Notes under the pieces: generated by a model
Told to the model about the DNA's origin: nothing
Databases searched by the model: none
Seen by the model: the letters and a program-made list of their open reading frames with translations, nothing else
Origin: a virus
Taxonomy: Duplodnaviria; Caudoviricetes
Virus record (IMG/VR): IMGVR_UViG_3300010048_000855
Location: 1-35,887 of that record
Reading direction: 5' to 3' (one strand)
DNA: 35,887 nt
In this document: positions 7,687 through 16,654 of the stretch, in pieces
How the letters are laid out: the number at the start of each line of letters is the position of its first letter
Numbering within the stretch: position 1 is the first letter of the stretch
Position numbers and translations under genes: made by a program

Positions 7687-8487
7687 CTATGGCTTTTGGC
7701 TTGCCGCCGCTATGTCTGCCCAACATTGTTTTCGGTCATCGCGGCATTCCTGTTCCCCATAGGTTCTGGTTTCCTGGCAAGTGTCTCGCCAAGACGTGTG
7801 TTGGTCGGCACCGCAAATATTCTGACAAGCTTCCCACGACTTATTAGTGCAAAAGGCTCTTTTGCACGATTCGACACGGTCATGTAGACACGCATCGACG
7901 GTGACAAGTTTGCTCCTGCAGGAGTTGTAATTGTTCCGGCAGTCGGCGTACGACATAGGAGTTGGAGCCGAACCTGTATCAGAAGCTGAATCTGAATCTG
8001 GATCTGTGGTCTTAAAGTCAAGGTCCTTCGCCTTGAGGCATGCAGTGAGATTGATTGCACGCGGCGGTCCGGGCAAATGAGTCCAGTCTCCTCGCCCGTA
8101 GGCGGCAACTTCTTGCACTATCACATCGAAGTCGTCCTTATCTATCAAGTGTTGGCGCACGAGCGCAACAATACCGAAGCAGTCAGCCTGTTGTTCCTGA
8201 ACCCTAGTTATTGGGCCGCCGACCTGTCCCAGCGCGTGATGCCCACATTCGTGCGCGTACATGAATTGCCGCGTGGGTTCGCTCAAGTTCACAATGTTCG
8301 GATTTACGTAGATTACTGGATACCCCCGGCTATCGAAGGCCGCCATAGCCACGTCGCCCTGACCACTTGGATTCGCTATATATGGCACCAGGCGACCGGA
8401 AATGTCATGGCAGGGCAGAGGTTGCTGGGAGGTTACCTGATGAGGCATCAGGAGTGTGATAGAGAGAAGCAGCAAGGCATAGCGCAT
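7687..8487 (-). CDS. secreted HExxH zinc metallopeptidase with Cys-rich C-terminal domain (moron)
   Basis: Signal peptide MRYALLLLSITLLMP, HECGHH...EQQADC, S/D/T linker, many paired Cys; SD GGGAGG before ATG 8487. Confidence 0.75.
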   Translation of the reverse strand: MRYALLLLSITLLMPHQVTSQQPLPCHDISGRLVPYIANPSGQGDVAMAAFDSRGYPVIYVNPNIVNLSEPTRQFMYAHECGHHALGQVGGPITRVQEQQADCFGIVALVRQHLIDKDDFDVIVQEVAAYGRGDWTHLPGPPRAINLTACLKAKDLDFKTTDPDSDSASDTGSAPTPMSYADCRNNYNSCRSKLVTVDACLHDRVESCKRAFCTNKSWEACQNICGADQHTSWRDTCQETRTYGEQECRDDRKQCWADIAAASQKP

Positions 8488-8594
8488 CAAGACCTCCCTT
8501 TGGGGGAAGCGAAATTGGATCGCTTCAGGTTGCAATGCGAATGGCCGCCAGCATACCGCACTTAAGGGTAGAAACACAATGGAAATCTTTTGGG

Positions 8595-8633
8595 TTATCC
8601 CCAACTTGCCGAAATTCGCCCACCAGTCATAAT
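8595..8633 (+). promoter_or_regulatory. putative promoter of the head operon with an adjacent DnaA-box-like site
   Basis: TTATCCCCA, then TTGCCG-16 nt-CATAAT. Confidence 0.45.
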
Positions 8634-8668
8634 TGAGTTATATAAGCCAAGGTCGATGGCCCGTCTTC

Positions 8669-10345
8669 ATGCCCAAACCCATCGACATCTCCGTCATCCA
8701 GAAGCACTACCTCTCCGACCGTCTTTGGCGTGAGCGGCGCCATCCCCAGTGGACGACGAACTACGAACTCTATCGGGACACCGTGATCGTGAACCGCCTC
8801 ACGCAGCGGCAGAGCGTCAATGTGCCGTACATGAAGAAGACGCTCAAAACGTATCTCACGCAGACCAATTGGCCGGTTGACAACTACTACGAGGACAAGG
8901 GCAACGACAAGCAGAAAGAGATCTACCTGAACGCGTATTGGGACGAGCTCGTGGAGCGCTGCCGCCTGGACATCCTTGAGGAAGTGGACCGCAAGCAGGA
9001 ATGGCTCTACGGCCGGACGTTCATGAAGCTGAACGTCGTGGACGGGTATATCACGATGGAAGTGATCGACCCGATGGACATTCTCCTCGACCGGTTCATG
9101 AACCCTTGGGACGTGGAATCGGCCCGGCGGATTACCCACATCGGCATCTTTCGGACACTCTCGGACATCAAGCTGAATCCGTTCTACGACAAGGCAGCGG
9201 TCAAAGCGCTGGAGGACTTCTTTGCCACGAAAGCAGGGCTCATCCGCGCCGGCCAGAACGCTGTGATCGCAGCAGACAAGGCCCAGAAGATGCAGGATAT
9301 GGGTGTCCAGGACGTTTTGAACCCGGTGCTCGGGGAAACCTATGTCGAGCTGAACGAAATGCAGGTGAAGGTTTGGGACGAGGCTACCAAACAAGATGTC
9401 GTGATGGTGGTCGTCACGGGAAACGGCGATCAGATCCTCATGCAGAAACCCATGCGCGAGATTCTCGGCATCAACCGTTTCACCATTCCAACCTGGGCCG
9501 GAGACGTGGAACGCACGGACACCTGGAGCGATGGGGGGGCGGATTCTGTCCGGCAGATGAACCTTGTTGCAAATGCCCGATGGAGCCAGAAGGTTGAGAA
9601 CGGCACGCTCGCAAACTATGGCATGTATTTCTATGATTCAACCGCGAAGGAAGGCTGGACGCCTGTCGGATATGATCCTTCCCCCTTCGGTTTCTATCCA
9701 TTGCCCGGCCCTCCCAAGGAAGTATTGCAGCCCGTCACGATCGACAAGATGCCGGAAGTGACGCAGGAGCTCGATTGGATCGACGAGCAGATTCAGGGCG
9801 TGACCGGCGCCACAGCCGTAGAACAGGGCGAAAACGATCCGAACGACGGCGGCGCACAGCAGACCGCCCAGGAGATCCAGCTTCTCGCAGATAAAGCGAA
9901 GCAGCGCGCGCAGAATGTCTCGAAGTACCACAAGCGCTATTGGATGGACATTGGCCGCTTGTTCGTGGAGATCGTGATGGCGAACAAGGACACGTTAAAC
10001 TCCGTCACACGCCACAAGAAGGGACCGTCCGGCAAGTATTACGCGAAGACCCTCAAGCCGTCAGCCATGTATTCCGAGCAGGGTTATGAGACGAAGGTCG
10101 GTTCGAAGGCCGACAAGGAATCGGACTCGCTCGACATGATCAAGAAGTTCCAGGTTGCGAACGCGCTCTTCCCGAACAATGCCGCCCTTCAGAAGATCGA
10201 ACGCGAGAAGGTAGTCGATTGGCTCGGCCTCACGCCAGATGAACAGCAGGCAGTCGAGGAGGCCGCTGTAGCGATGCCGATGATGCCTTCAACCGCGACT
10301 CCGGGCCAGCCTGCCCCGCAACCTGCCATTCCCGCCAATGCTTGA
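8669..10345 (+). CDS. portal protein (P22-like)
   Basis: ~558 aa after terL; LYGRTFMKL, VIDPMDILLD, IQGVTG, TAQEIQLL portal-like motifs; Pro-rich tail. Confidence 0.85.
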   Translation: MPKPIDISVIQKHYLSDRLWRERRHPQWTTNYELYRDTVIVNRLTQRQSVNVPYMKKTLKTYLTQTNWPVDNYYEDKGNDKQKEIYLNAYWDELVERCRLDILEEVDRKQEWLYGRTFMKLNVVDGYITMEVIDPMDILLDRFMNPWDVESARRITHIGIFRTLSDIKLNPFYDKAAVKALEDFFATKAGLIRAGQNAVIAADKAQKMQDMGVQDVLNPVLGETYVELNEMQVKVWDEATKQDVVMVVVTGNGDQILMQKPMREILGINRFTIPTWAGDVERTDTWSDGGADSVRQMNLVANARWSQKVENGTLANYGMYFYDSTAKEGWTPVGYDPSPFGFYPLPGPPKEVLQPVTIDKMPEVTQELDWIDEQIQGVTGATAVEQGENDPNDGGAQQTAQEIQLLADKAKQRAQNVSKYHKRYWMDIGRLFVEIVMANKDTLNSVTRHKKGPSGKYYAKTLKPSAMYSEQGYETKVGSKADKESDSLDMIKKFQVANALFPNNAALQKIEREKVVDWLGLTPDEQQAVEEAAVAMPMMPSTATPGQPAPQPAIPANA

Positions 10346-10655
10346 CGCACTCTTCGAAAAACTCCATATAACGAGCCCAGACCAGCTCACCGCCGCGGAG
10401 CGCGCGACCTACCAGCAGTGGGCGCAGATACTCGCAAAGTCGGATGTCAGTATCGATGATCTGAAGAAGATCCTGCCAAAAGAGCTTGAGCGCGCCTATG
10501 CGGAATTGCGCGATTTCAAGAATTCCCCGGAGAAAGAGATGTTCTATAAGGCGTACACCACACTATGCGAAAACATTTCGAAGATCATTCTTGCCCCGCA
10601 GCAGCAGCGCGAACACTTGCGATCATTCCTGAAGTCAAAGTTCGGGATTGAATAA
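10338..10655 (+). CDS. hypothetical helical protein (portal-adjacent)
   Basis: Overlaps the portal stop; typical small podophage gene position. Confidence 0.65.
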   Translation: MLDALFEKLHITSPDQLTAAERATYQQWAQILAKSDVSIDDLKKILPKELERAYAELRDFKNSPEKEMFYKAYTTLCENISKIILAPQQQREHLRSFLKSKFGIE

Positions 10656-10686
10656 ATAAAGGTCGGGAAATCTAATCACCACTCAC

Positions 10687-10785
10687 ATGGACGAAGAACA
10701 GAAGCAGGAAGGTCAGGAGAGTCAGGAAGCCGAGGCTTCCGAGGCACAGGCTGAAGCGGGTGCGTCTGAAGGGAGCGCCGAATAG
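10687..10785 (+). CDS. 32-aa highly acidic peptide (not in ORF track)
   Basis: MDEEQKQEGQESQEAEASEAQAEAGASEGSAE; AAGGTCG 21 nt upstream. Confidence 0.5.
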   Translation: MDEEQKQEGQESQEAEASEAQAEAGASEGSAE

Positions 10786-10787
10786 CG

Positions 10788-10976
10788 ATGATCGAACAGA
10801 CGTGGGAGGACCGCCTCGCCGAAATCCTGAAGAAGGAGCCGGCGGCGCTCACTCCCGGCGACATCGAATTCCTCCGCGCCCGTCGCTCATACCTCGACGA
10901 TCAGCAGTTGAGCCTCTACGCGGAGGTCCTCGGGACTGAGAAACCCGAGAAGCCGAGCAAGAAGAAGTCGGAATAG
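10788..10976 (+). CDS. hypothetical protein
   Basis: ILKKEPAALTPGDIEFLRARRSYL; head-module context. Confidence 0.65.
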   Translation: MIEQTWEDRLAEILKKEPAALTPGDIEFLRARRSYLDDQQLSLYAEVLGTEKPEKPSKKKSE

Positions 10977-11055
10977 TTGTACACAGTTGCGCAAAATCGA
11001 GCGCGACCTAAAATTAAATCATTGCCAAACCCCGAAAGGGACGGCACCACATCAG

Positions 11056-11736
11056 ATGAACGAAGATCCTAACCTCGACAACGAGACGGAAACAGGAGAG
11101 CAGGAACCGAAAGCACCTGCGGAGCCGAGTCAGCCGACTCCTCCCGAACCGGACTACAAGGAGAAATTCTCGCAGTCCACCAGGGAGAATCAATTGATCG
11201 TTGAGGAGAACAAAGCCCTCAAAGCGCAATTGGCTGAAAGGAATTTGACAAAAGAACCAACCGATTCGGAACTTCAGGCAGCATTCCCGGCATGGGAAGC
11301 GATGAGTGAAACCGAGAGATCGTTGGCACGCCGCACACTCGCGGCGGAGCGTATCGCGGGGAACGCAGTTTCCTCATTGGACGAGATCAAAGCTGAACGT
11401 TCGTGGAACACGACCATCGAAGTCGCAATCGCCTCGAACAATGCCTTACAAGGCAAAGAGCGAGAGTTTCGTCAGTACGCATCCCGCTACAAGAACACCA
11501 GTATGGATGTTCTCGTGCCCGCATTCCTTCAATCTCAAGGTGCCGCTCAGCGCGCTTCCAATCCGACGCCCGGCCCCGCAAGACCCTCACTCTTGCCAGG
11601 CACCGGCGGCCCGAAGACACCCGATAAGCCCAAGAAGCTCACCGCCGACGAACTGCGAACGCTTCGCAAAACCGATGAGAAGGCATACACGGCCTACATC
11701 AAAGCGAATCCGGACGCGCTCGACGATGACCTTTAA
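11056..11736 (+). CDS. capsid scaffolding protein
   Basis: Acidic/Pro-rich N-terminus, DYKEKFSQS coiled coil, immediately upstream of the capsid gene. Confidence 0.75.
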   Translation: MNEDPNLDNETETGEQEPKAPAEPSQPTPPEPDYKEKFSQSTRENQLIVEENKALKAQLAERNLTKEPTDSELQAAFPAWEAMSETERSLARRTLAAERIAGNAVSSLDEIKAERSWNTTIEVAIASNNALQGKEREFRQYASRYKNTSMDVLVPAFLQSQGAAQRASNPTPGPARPSLLPGTGGPKTPDKPKKLTADELRTLRKTDEKAYTAYIKANPDALDDDL

Positions 11737-11776
11737 GGTATAAGGCGACGGTTGGGGTTAACACAACACGCAAGTA

Positions 11777-12868
11777 ATGAACAATTACCCCACTAAGCTC
11801 GCGGAAGCCTTCTCCTCGAAGGTCACCCGCGAACTCTATGCACGAGCATTGTTCGATGACCTCGTGAATCGCGACTATGAAGGCGAGATTGTCGGCGTTG
11901 GTTCCATCCTCAACATCCTGAACCTCGGGAAGTTGACGGAGAAGGACTACACCGGCGCGAACCTTTCGGTCGATGACCTCACGGAATCGAACGGTCAGCT
12001 CGTCATCGATCAGCAGAAGTCGTTCTACTTCCGGGTCAAGACGCTCGACAAATTCAAGTCGTACATCAAGAACCCGGAGAGCATTGTGAAGGAGCAGGCG
12101 TTCAACGAGCGCCGCAAGAACATCGACAAGTTCGTTCTCGGCAAGTACACGAAGGTCGCTGCGGGCAACCGCATCGGCACGAACTACGCGACCGGGACCG
12201 TAACCGTCGATTCTTCGGGCAACGTGACCGGCTCCGGCACGACGTTCACTTCGGCGATGGTCGGCCGCGGCTTCCAGGCTTCCGGTCAGACCTCGTGGTA
12301 CCGCGTCGCGACCTTTACGTCCACGACGGCTATCACGATCACCGACGACTTGGATGAAGTGACGCAGTACACGGGCGGTGCGGTTTCGGGCGGTACCTCG
12401 TACACTATCGAGGCTGTCACACCGATCGCTCTCACCCGTGCGACGCTCCTCACGTACATCCTTCAGCTCAAGCAGAAACTCGATGCGCTTGAGGTTCCGG
12501 AGACGGATCGCGTCTTGGTCCTTCCGACCGAGGTCGCGAACCTCATCCCCGGCGCCACGGGTATCGTCCTGAACGTTCCGGCTGCCTATGAGCAGTTGGT
12601 CGTCAAGGGCTTTATCACCGAGCTCGTCGGCTTCAAGATCTTCAGCTCTGCACGTTTGACTGGCGACAACACGAACGGCTATCACGCCCTCGCGATCCAG
12701 AAGAACTGGCAGACCTTCGCGGACAAAGTCCTCGAAGCGGAGATCGAAGAGATGCTCATCGGTAACTTCGGCGCTGCCTATAAGGACCTGTTTGTTTACG
12801 GTTCCTTCGTTAAGGACAACCGCCGCAAGTTCGCCGCTGAACTCTTCTGCACCGGCTCCTGGTCGTAG
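11777..12868 (+). CDS. major capsid protein (HK97 fold, P22-coat-like) with an inserted beta-rich domain
   Basis: NRDYEGEI...LVIDQQKSFYF...KLDALEVP...R.LV...GFKIFSS...LFVYG. Confidence 0.9.
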   Translation: MNNYPTKLAEAFSSKVTRELYARALFDDLVNRDYEGEIVGVGSILNILNLGKLTEKDYTGANLSVDDLTESNGQLVIDQQKSFYFRVKTLDKFKSYIKNPESIVKEQAFNERRKNIDKFVLGKYTKVAAGNRIGTNYATGTVTVDSSGNVTGSGTTFTSAMVGRGFQASGQTSWYRVATFTSTTAITITDDLDEVTQYTGGAVSGGTSYTIEAVTPIALTRATLLTYILQLKQKLDALEVPETDRVLVLPTEVANLIPGATGIVLNVPAAYEQLVVKGFITELVGFKIFSSARLTGDNTNGYHALAIQKNWQTFADKVLEAEIEEMLIGNFGAAYKDLFVYGSFVKDNRRKFAAELFCTGSWS

Positions 12869-12875
12869 TCCTCAA

Positions 12876-12906
12876 TCCCACCCTTCGCTTGTGACGGAGG
12901 GTGGGA
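12876..12906 (+). terminator. strong stem-loop after the capsid gene
   Basis: TCCCACCCTTCG/CGGAGGGTGGGA. Confidence 0.55.
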
Positions 12907-12942
12907 ATCTTAAAAGGCCGACATCAAATAATCATTATCTTT

Positions 12943-13440
12943 ATGGCTCGTACGAAATCTATCAAGTTCCCCAACACGGAAGGTGAGATGAGCGCGCTCT
13001 TCGACAAGATCCAGCGCGCACTCACGAACCGGATGCTCGTCACCGGCGCTCTTGCGATCCACGGGTCGGCATCAGCACTCGCGAAAATCGCAAACGCGGT
13101 CTATTACCTCGTTGACGGGACCCTGTACACGAAGGGAGCTGCCGATTGTGCCGCGCTCTCCGGCACCGTTGTGAACGCTACGTTCAACGTGTTCGTGTTT
13201 ACCGTGAATGCCGCAGGTGCGCTTCACACGTACATGGGTACTGCTGGAGCGTCGCTCAGCGCAGTCCTCATGCCGACGGTTCCTGATGGTGAAGTCTCAA
13301 TGGGCTTCGTCATCATCAACCCGACCGGCACCGGCAACTTCGTCGGCGGCACGACCGCCCTCGATGATGCAACCGTCGTTCCGAACGCGGTATACGTCAA
13401 CACCGGCGATGTCTTCAACGCATCGCTCTCGACGCTTTAA
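12943..13440 (+). CDS. putative capsid decoration/cement protein
   Basis: 165 aa rich in G/A/T/V, predicted beta-rich, directly after the capsid gene. Confidence 0.55.
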   Translation: MARTKSIKFPNTEGEMSALFDKIQRALTNRMLVTGALAIHGSASALAKIANAVYYLVDGTLYTKGAADCAALSGTVVNATFNVFVFTVNAAGALHTYMGTAGASLSAVLMPTVPDGEVSMGFVIINPTGTGNFVGGTTALDDATVVPNAVYVNTGDVFNASLSTL

Positions 13441-13493
13441 TCGTTCTGTTCTCGCCTCGTAAAAAGCGGGGCGAGAGCTGAACCCTCACCCAC

Positions 13494-13730
13494 ATGACAC
13501 GAAAACCCAAAATGACCCCTGTTTCGAAGGGGCACAAGCCGAAGGGCGCACGCGGCATGGCCGCAGTAAAGCGCCTTGGCCGCACAAAGACTACAGGCAA
13601 CTTCAACAAGATCGCCCAGTCCGCAGCAAAGGAATACGGCTCCAAAGTGGCCGGGGCTCGCGTCGCAGGCGCGATCTACGCACGAAAAACCGCTGCACAT
13701 GCGGCAGCAGCTATGAAATCAAGAAAATGA
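13494..13730 (+). CDS. very basic small protein (putative DNA-condensing virion protein)
   Basis: 78 aa, K/R/A-rich, a single acidic residue. Confidence 0.55.
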   Translation: MTRKPKMTPVSKGHKPKGARGMAAVKRLGRTKTTGNFNKIAQSAAKEYGSKVAGARVAGAIYARKTAAHAAAAMKSRK

Positions 13731-14299
13731 ACACCAGAACCCCAATCCAACACAGCACGATCGGTCGGATGGTGAAGGGATTCCTCCACACGAAGCTCGG
13801 CGCATTCGTCGGGTACCACCTTGGCATCTCCGGGTATAACCGGATCGACGCGGTGATTACCAGGGCGAACGGCGGCACCGAGATGAAGCGCAGCTACAAC
13901 TCCCGCACCGACGCCGGCGCGGCATTGTGCGCTTCCCTGATCTCCGGTTCCACGCTCGGCGGCATCAGCTCGCCGGCGGCGCCGAAGTATCTCGCCGTCT
14001 CGTCAGCAACGCTTACTCCAGCGCACGGCGACACCACGCTCACGAGCGAGCTCTCGACGAACGGCTTCACGCGCGCAGCAGCGACCGCCGGCAGCTATTC
14101 CGCTCCCGCATCGCTCGACGCAGCAGCGTCGTTCACCTTCACCCATACCTTCACCGCATCGGGTACGCAGACCGTCGCATCCGCGGCGCTCTTCGATGCC
14201 GCTTCGACCGGCAACCTGTATGTCGAAGGCAACTTCGCATCGTCCTCCACGCTGAACAGCGGGGACACTCTTTCCGTGACCTGGACCATCAATCTTTAG
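13727..14299 (+). CDS. virion structural protein (tail-fibre N-terminal/baseplate-like fold)
   Basis: DTTLTSEL...ALFDAASTGNL...LNSGDTLSVTWTI pattern. Confidence 0.65.
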   Translation: MNTRTPIQHSTIGRMVKGFLHTKLGAFVGYHLGISGYNRIDAVITRANGGTEMKRSYNSRTDAGAALCASLISGSTLGGISSPAAPKYLAVSSATLTPAHGDTTLTSELSTNGFTRAAATAGSYSAPASLDAAASFTFTHTFTASGTQTVASAALFDAASTGNLYVEGNFASSSTLNSGDTLSVTWTINL

Positions 14300-14300
14300 T

Positions 14301-14326
14301 CCCCGGCATCTCATTGCCGGGGTTTG
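14301..14326 (+). terminator. stem-loop/terminator
   Basis: CCCCGGCA-TCTCAT-TGCCGGGG followed by TTT. Confidence 0.5.
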
Positions 14327-14330
14327 AATC

Positions 14331-16376
14331 ATGGCAAAGCACTTCACTGTTGACACCGGAGGAACCCTCACCACAGGGCTTGTTTCCTATTTCAAACTCG
14401 ACAGCGATTCCAGCGACTATTTTGGATCTCACAACGGCACCGATGTCGCGAGCCCGACGTACGGCACCGGGAAGGTCAACAACGCCATCACGTATAACGG
14501 ATCGTCGCAGTACACCCACTTCGCGACGGCATACTCCCTTACGGATGCGTCATTTTCTTGCTGGATCAAGACCTCGACCTCTTCGGGTGTTCGCATCACT
14601 TCCGAATACGACACCGTAAGCGGCAGCGGATGGGTACTGTGCCTCACCCTTAACGAGTTCACCGGCGGGAAGCCGACTTTTCGCTTAATTAACTACGGTG
14701 TCGGCGGTTCTACCAACTGCACCGGAACGACCACCGTGAACGACAATGCCTGGCATCACATTGTAGGGATCAGGAACGGATCAACCTACACGATTTGGGT
14801 CGATGGATCGCTCAACACCACGATCACGAGCGGGAACACCACGACCACGACCGCAGTGCTCAACTTGAGCGGTGAGGTGTACGGGAACTCTCTCTTTACA
14901 CCCTTCCCCGGCTCAATCGACGAGTTCGGCATTTGGAGCAAGGCGCTTTCATCGCAGGAGATTGCTGATCTCTACAACGGCGGCTCGGGTCAGACGATGG
15001 TCAACCCCACTGCCTACACCGCAACGGAATCCGATTCGATCATGAATGCTGCAAGCCGCCTTGCCACCGTGGGGCGTGTGAGTTCGTTCTTCAGGTCTGT
15101 TTCAGCCACAATCATGAATGCGGCGAGCAGGCTTGCAAGCGTGGCGGCAATCCGCAACGTGCCCCGTTCAATGTCCGATTCCATGATGGCAGCAACCAGT
15201 GTGATTGATTCGGGCCTCATGGCATGGTGGAAGTTTGATGAAGGGTCGGGCACGAGCGCTACTGATTCGAGCGGCAATGGACAGACACTTACATGGAGCG
15301 GCAACAAGGTTGGAGCAGGAGGAACAACGTACTACGCGACCGGCATCGTCGGGCCGTATGCCGGAATTTATGACGGGGTTAATACTTCTCTTGCGGGGTC
15401 TGGGACTTCGTACTTCAATATGGGGACAAGCAGCTTCTCGTATGGAGGGTGGGCAAACATCACAGGATGGACGAATGGCCTCGTTCTCATGAGAACCGGC
15501 GGAGATAATGGCACTATAAGTCCAGGATTCAACGTTCGGACTAACGGAAACACGGGGCAACTTAGCGCATATATCTGTGATGGCACTATCCGCCCCGCAA
15601 TATCCATTAACAACGTACCAGTGAACACGTGGTGCCATTTCTTTGTCACCGTGGACACCACGAGTCATGTGATGACGTTTTATATGAACGGCGTCTCGGC
15701 AGGAACGGCCAGTATTTCCAGCTTGGGAAACGTCACTCAAAATTCTTCGATGGCCGTTGGGAGCGCACACTATTCCGGTTCATTGGATGATTGCAGGGTA
15801 TACAACCGCCTACTCTCTGCTGCCGAGGTTGCCCGACTCTACAATGTCTCTCCATATCCGAACGGCACTGTGTCGAAGCTCGTCTCGTTCTTCCGCTCCG
15901 TTTCCGCGACGATCATGAATTCCGCGTCCCGCTTCGCTGTCCTCAATGTCGGGCTTGTGAAAAAACTCACAGATTCCATAATGAATGCAACGGGACGATT
16001 GGCAACGGTGACGAGGGTGAGAGCCGTTGTGCGAGTGCTCTCCGACACAATCATGAACGCAGCATCGCGCTTCGCTTCCCTTACCTCAATAGCCGCGCAC
16101 TTCCAATCCATGACCGATTCAGTGATGAACGGAGCCTCCCGATTCGCCACCGTGACCGGACTTCGCACCGCCTACGCCTATCTTTCGGACGCAATGATGA
16201 TTGCAAAAGGGCGCTACGACAAGATGAAAGCGATGGTGAACGGACTGTTCATCCAGTTCATGAACAGGTTCTCTTCACAGGGAACCTCATTCAGCGACAA
16301 ATACACCCAGCAGGGCACCACGTTCAGCGATAAATATTCGAAGCAGAACACCGAATTTGAAGACAAATTCCAATGA
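14331..16376 (+). CDS. receptor-binding/fibre protein with two LamG (concanavalin A-like) domains and helical repeats
   Basis: GLVSYFKLD...WHHIVG...GSIDEFGIWSKALS and GLMAWWKFDEG...GSLDDCRVYNRLLS; about 8 SD.IMNAASR repeats. Confidence 0.85.
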   Translation: MAKHFTVDTGGTLTTGLVSYFKLDSDSSDYFGSHNGTDVASPTYGTGKVNNAITYNGSSQYTHFATAYSLTDASFSCWIKTSTSSGVRITSEYDTVSGSGWVLCLTLNEFTGGKPTFRLINYGVGGSTNCTGTTTVNDNAWHHIVGIRNGSTYTIWVDGSLNTTITSGNTTTTTAVLNLSGEVYGNSLFTPFPGSIDEFGIWSKALSSQEIADLYNGGSGQTMVNPTAYTATESDSIMNAASRLATVGRVSSFFRSVSATIMNAASRLASVAAIRNVPRSMSDSMMAATSVIDSGLMAWWKFDEGSGTSATDSSGNGQTLTWSGNKVGAGGTTYYATGIVGPYAGIYDGVNTSLAGSGTSYFNMGTSSFSYGGWANITGWTNGLVLMRTGGDNGTISPGFNVRTNGNTGQLSAYICDGTIRPAISINNVPVNTWCHFFVTVDTTSHVMTFYMNGVSAGTASISSLGNVTQNSSMAVGSAHYSGSLDDCRVYNRLLSAAEVARLYNVSPYPNGTVSKLVSFFRSVSATIMNSASRFAVLNVGLVKKLTDSIMNATGRLATVTRVRAVVRVLSDTIMNAASRFASLTSIAAHFQSMTDSVMNGASRFATVTGLRTAYAYLSDAMMIAKGRYDKMKAMVNGLFIQFMNRFSSQGTSFSDKYTQQGTTFSDKYSKQNTEFEDKFQ

Positions 16377-16654
16377 ACGACCACGACCTCTTAATACAGA
16401 TCGCCACGAAGCTCGACCGGGCCATCTTGGACATCAAGGAACTGAAGGACAACACGACCACCCGTGTCGCGGCGTTAGAGCAGGAAAAGGCGAACCAGGC
16501 CGATCTCGAAGAATTCAAGGTCATCGTTGACAAGCGCTTCGATGCGCAGGGAAAGAAGCTCGACAAAGTGTATTCGTGGATGCTCATGGGACTCGGCGCA
16601 TTGGGCATCATCGAATTCGCAATCCAGATATACACCAACTATTTCCAGAAATAA
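16373..16654 (+). CDS. coiled-coil protein with C-terminal TM (XhlA/holin-like)
   Basis: Heptad region, then hydrophobic WMLMGLGALGIIEFAIQIY. Confidence 0.6.
   Translation: MNDHDLLIQIATKLDRAILDIKELKDNTTTRVAALEQEKANQADLEEFKVIVDKRFDAQGKKLDKVYSWMLMGLGALGIIEFAIQIYTNYFQK

Noticed and set aside
11699-12685. 328-aa minus-strand ORF (also 8627..9394, 17200..17862, 19281..19952, 19969..20679 and 22107..23024)
   Set aside because: Antisense shadows of clear structural genes, expected from GC-rich third codon positions; no motifs
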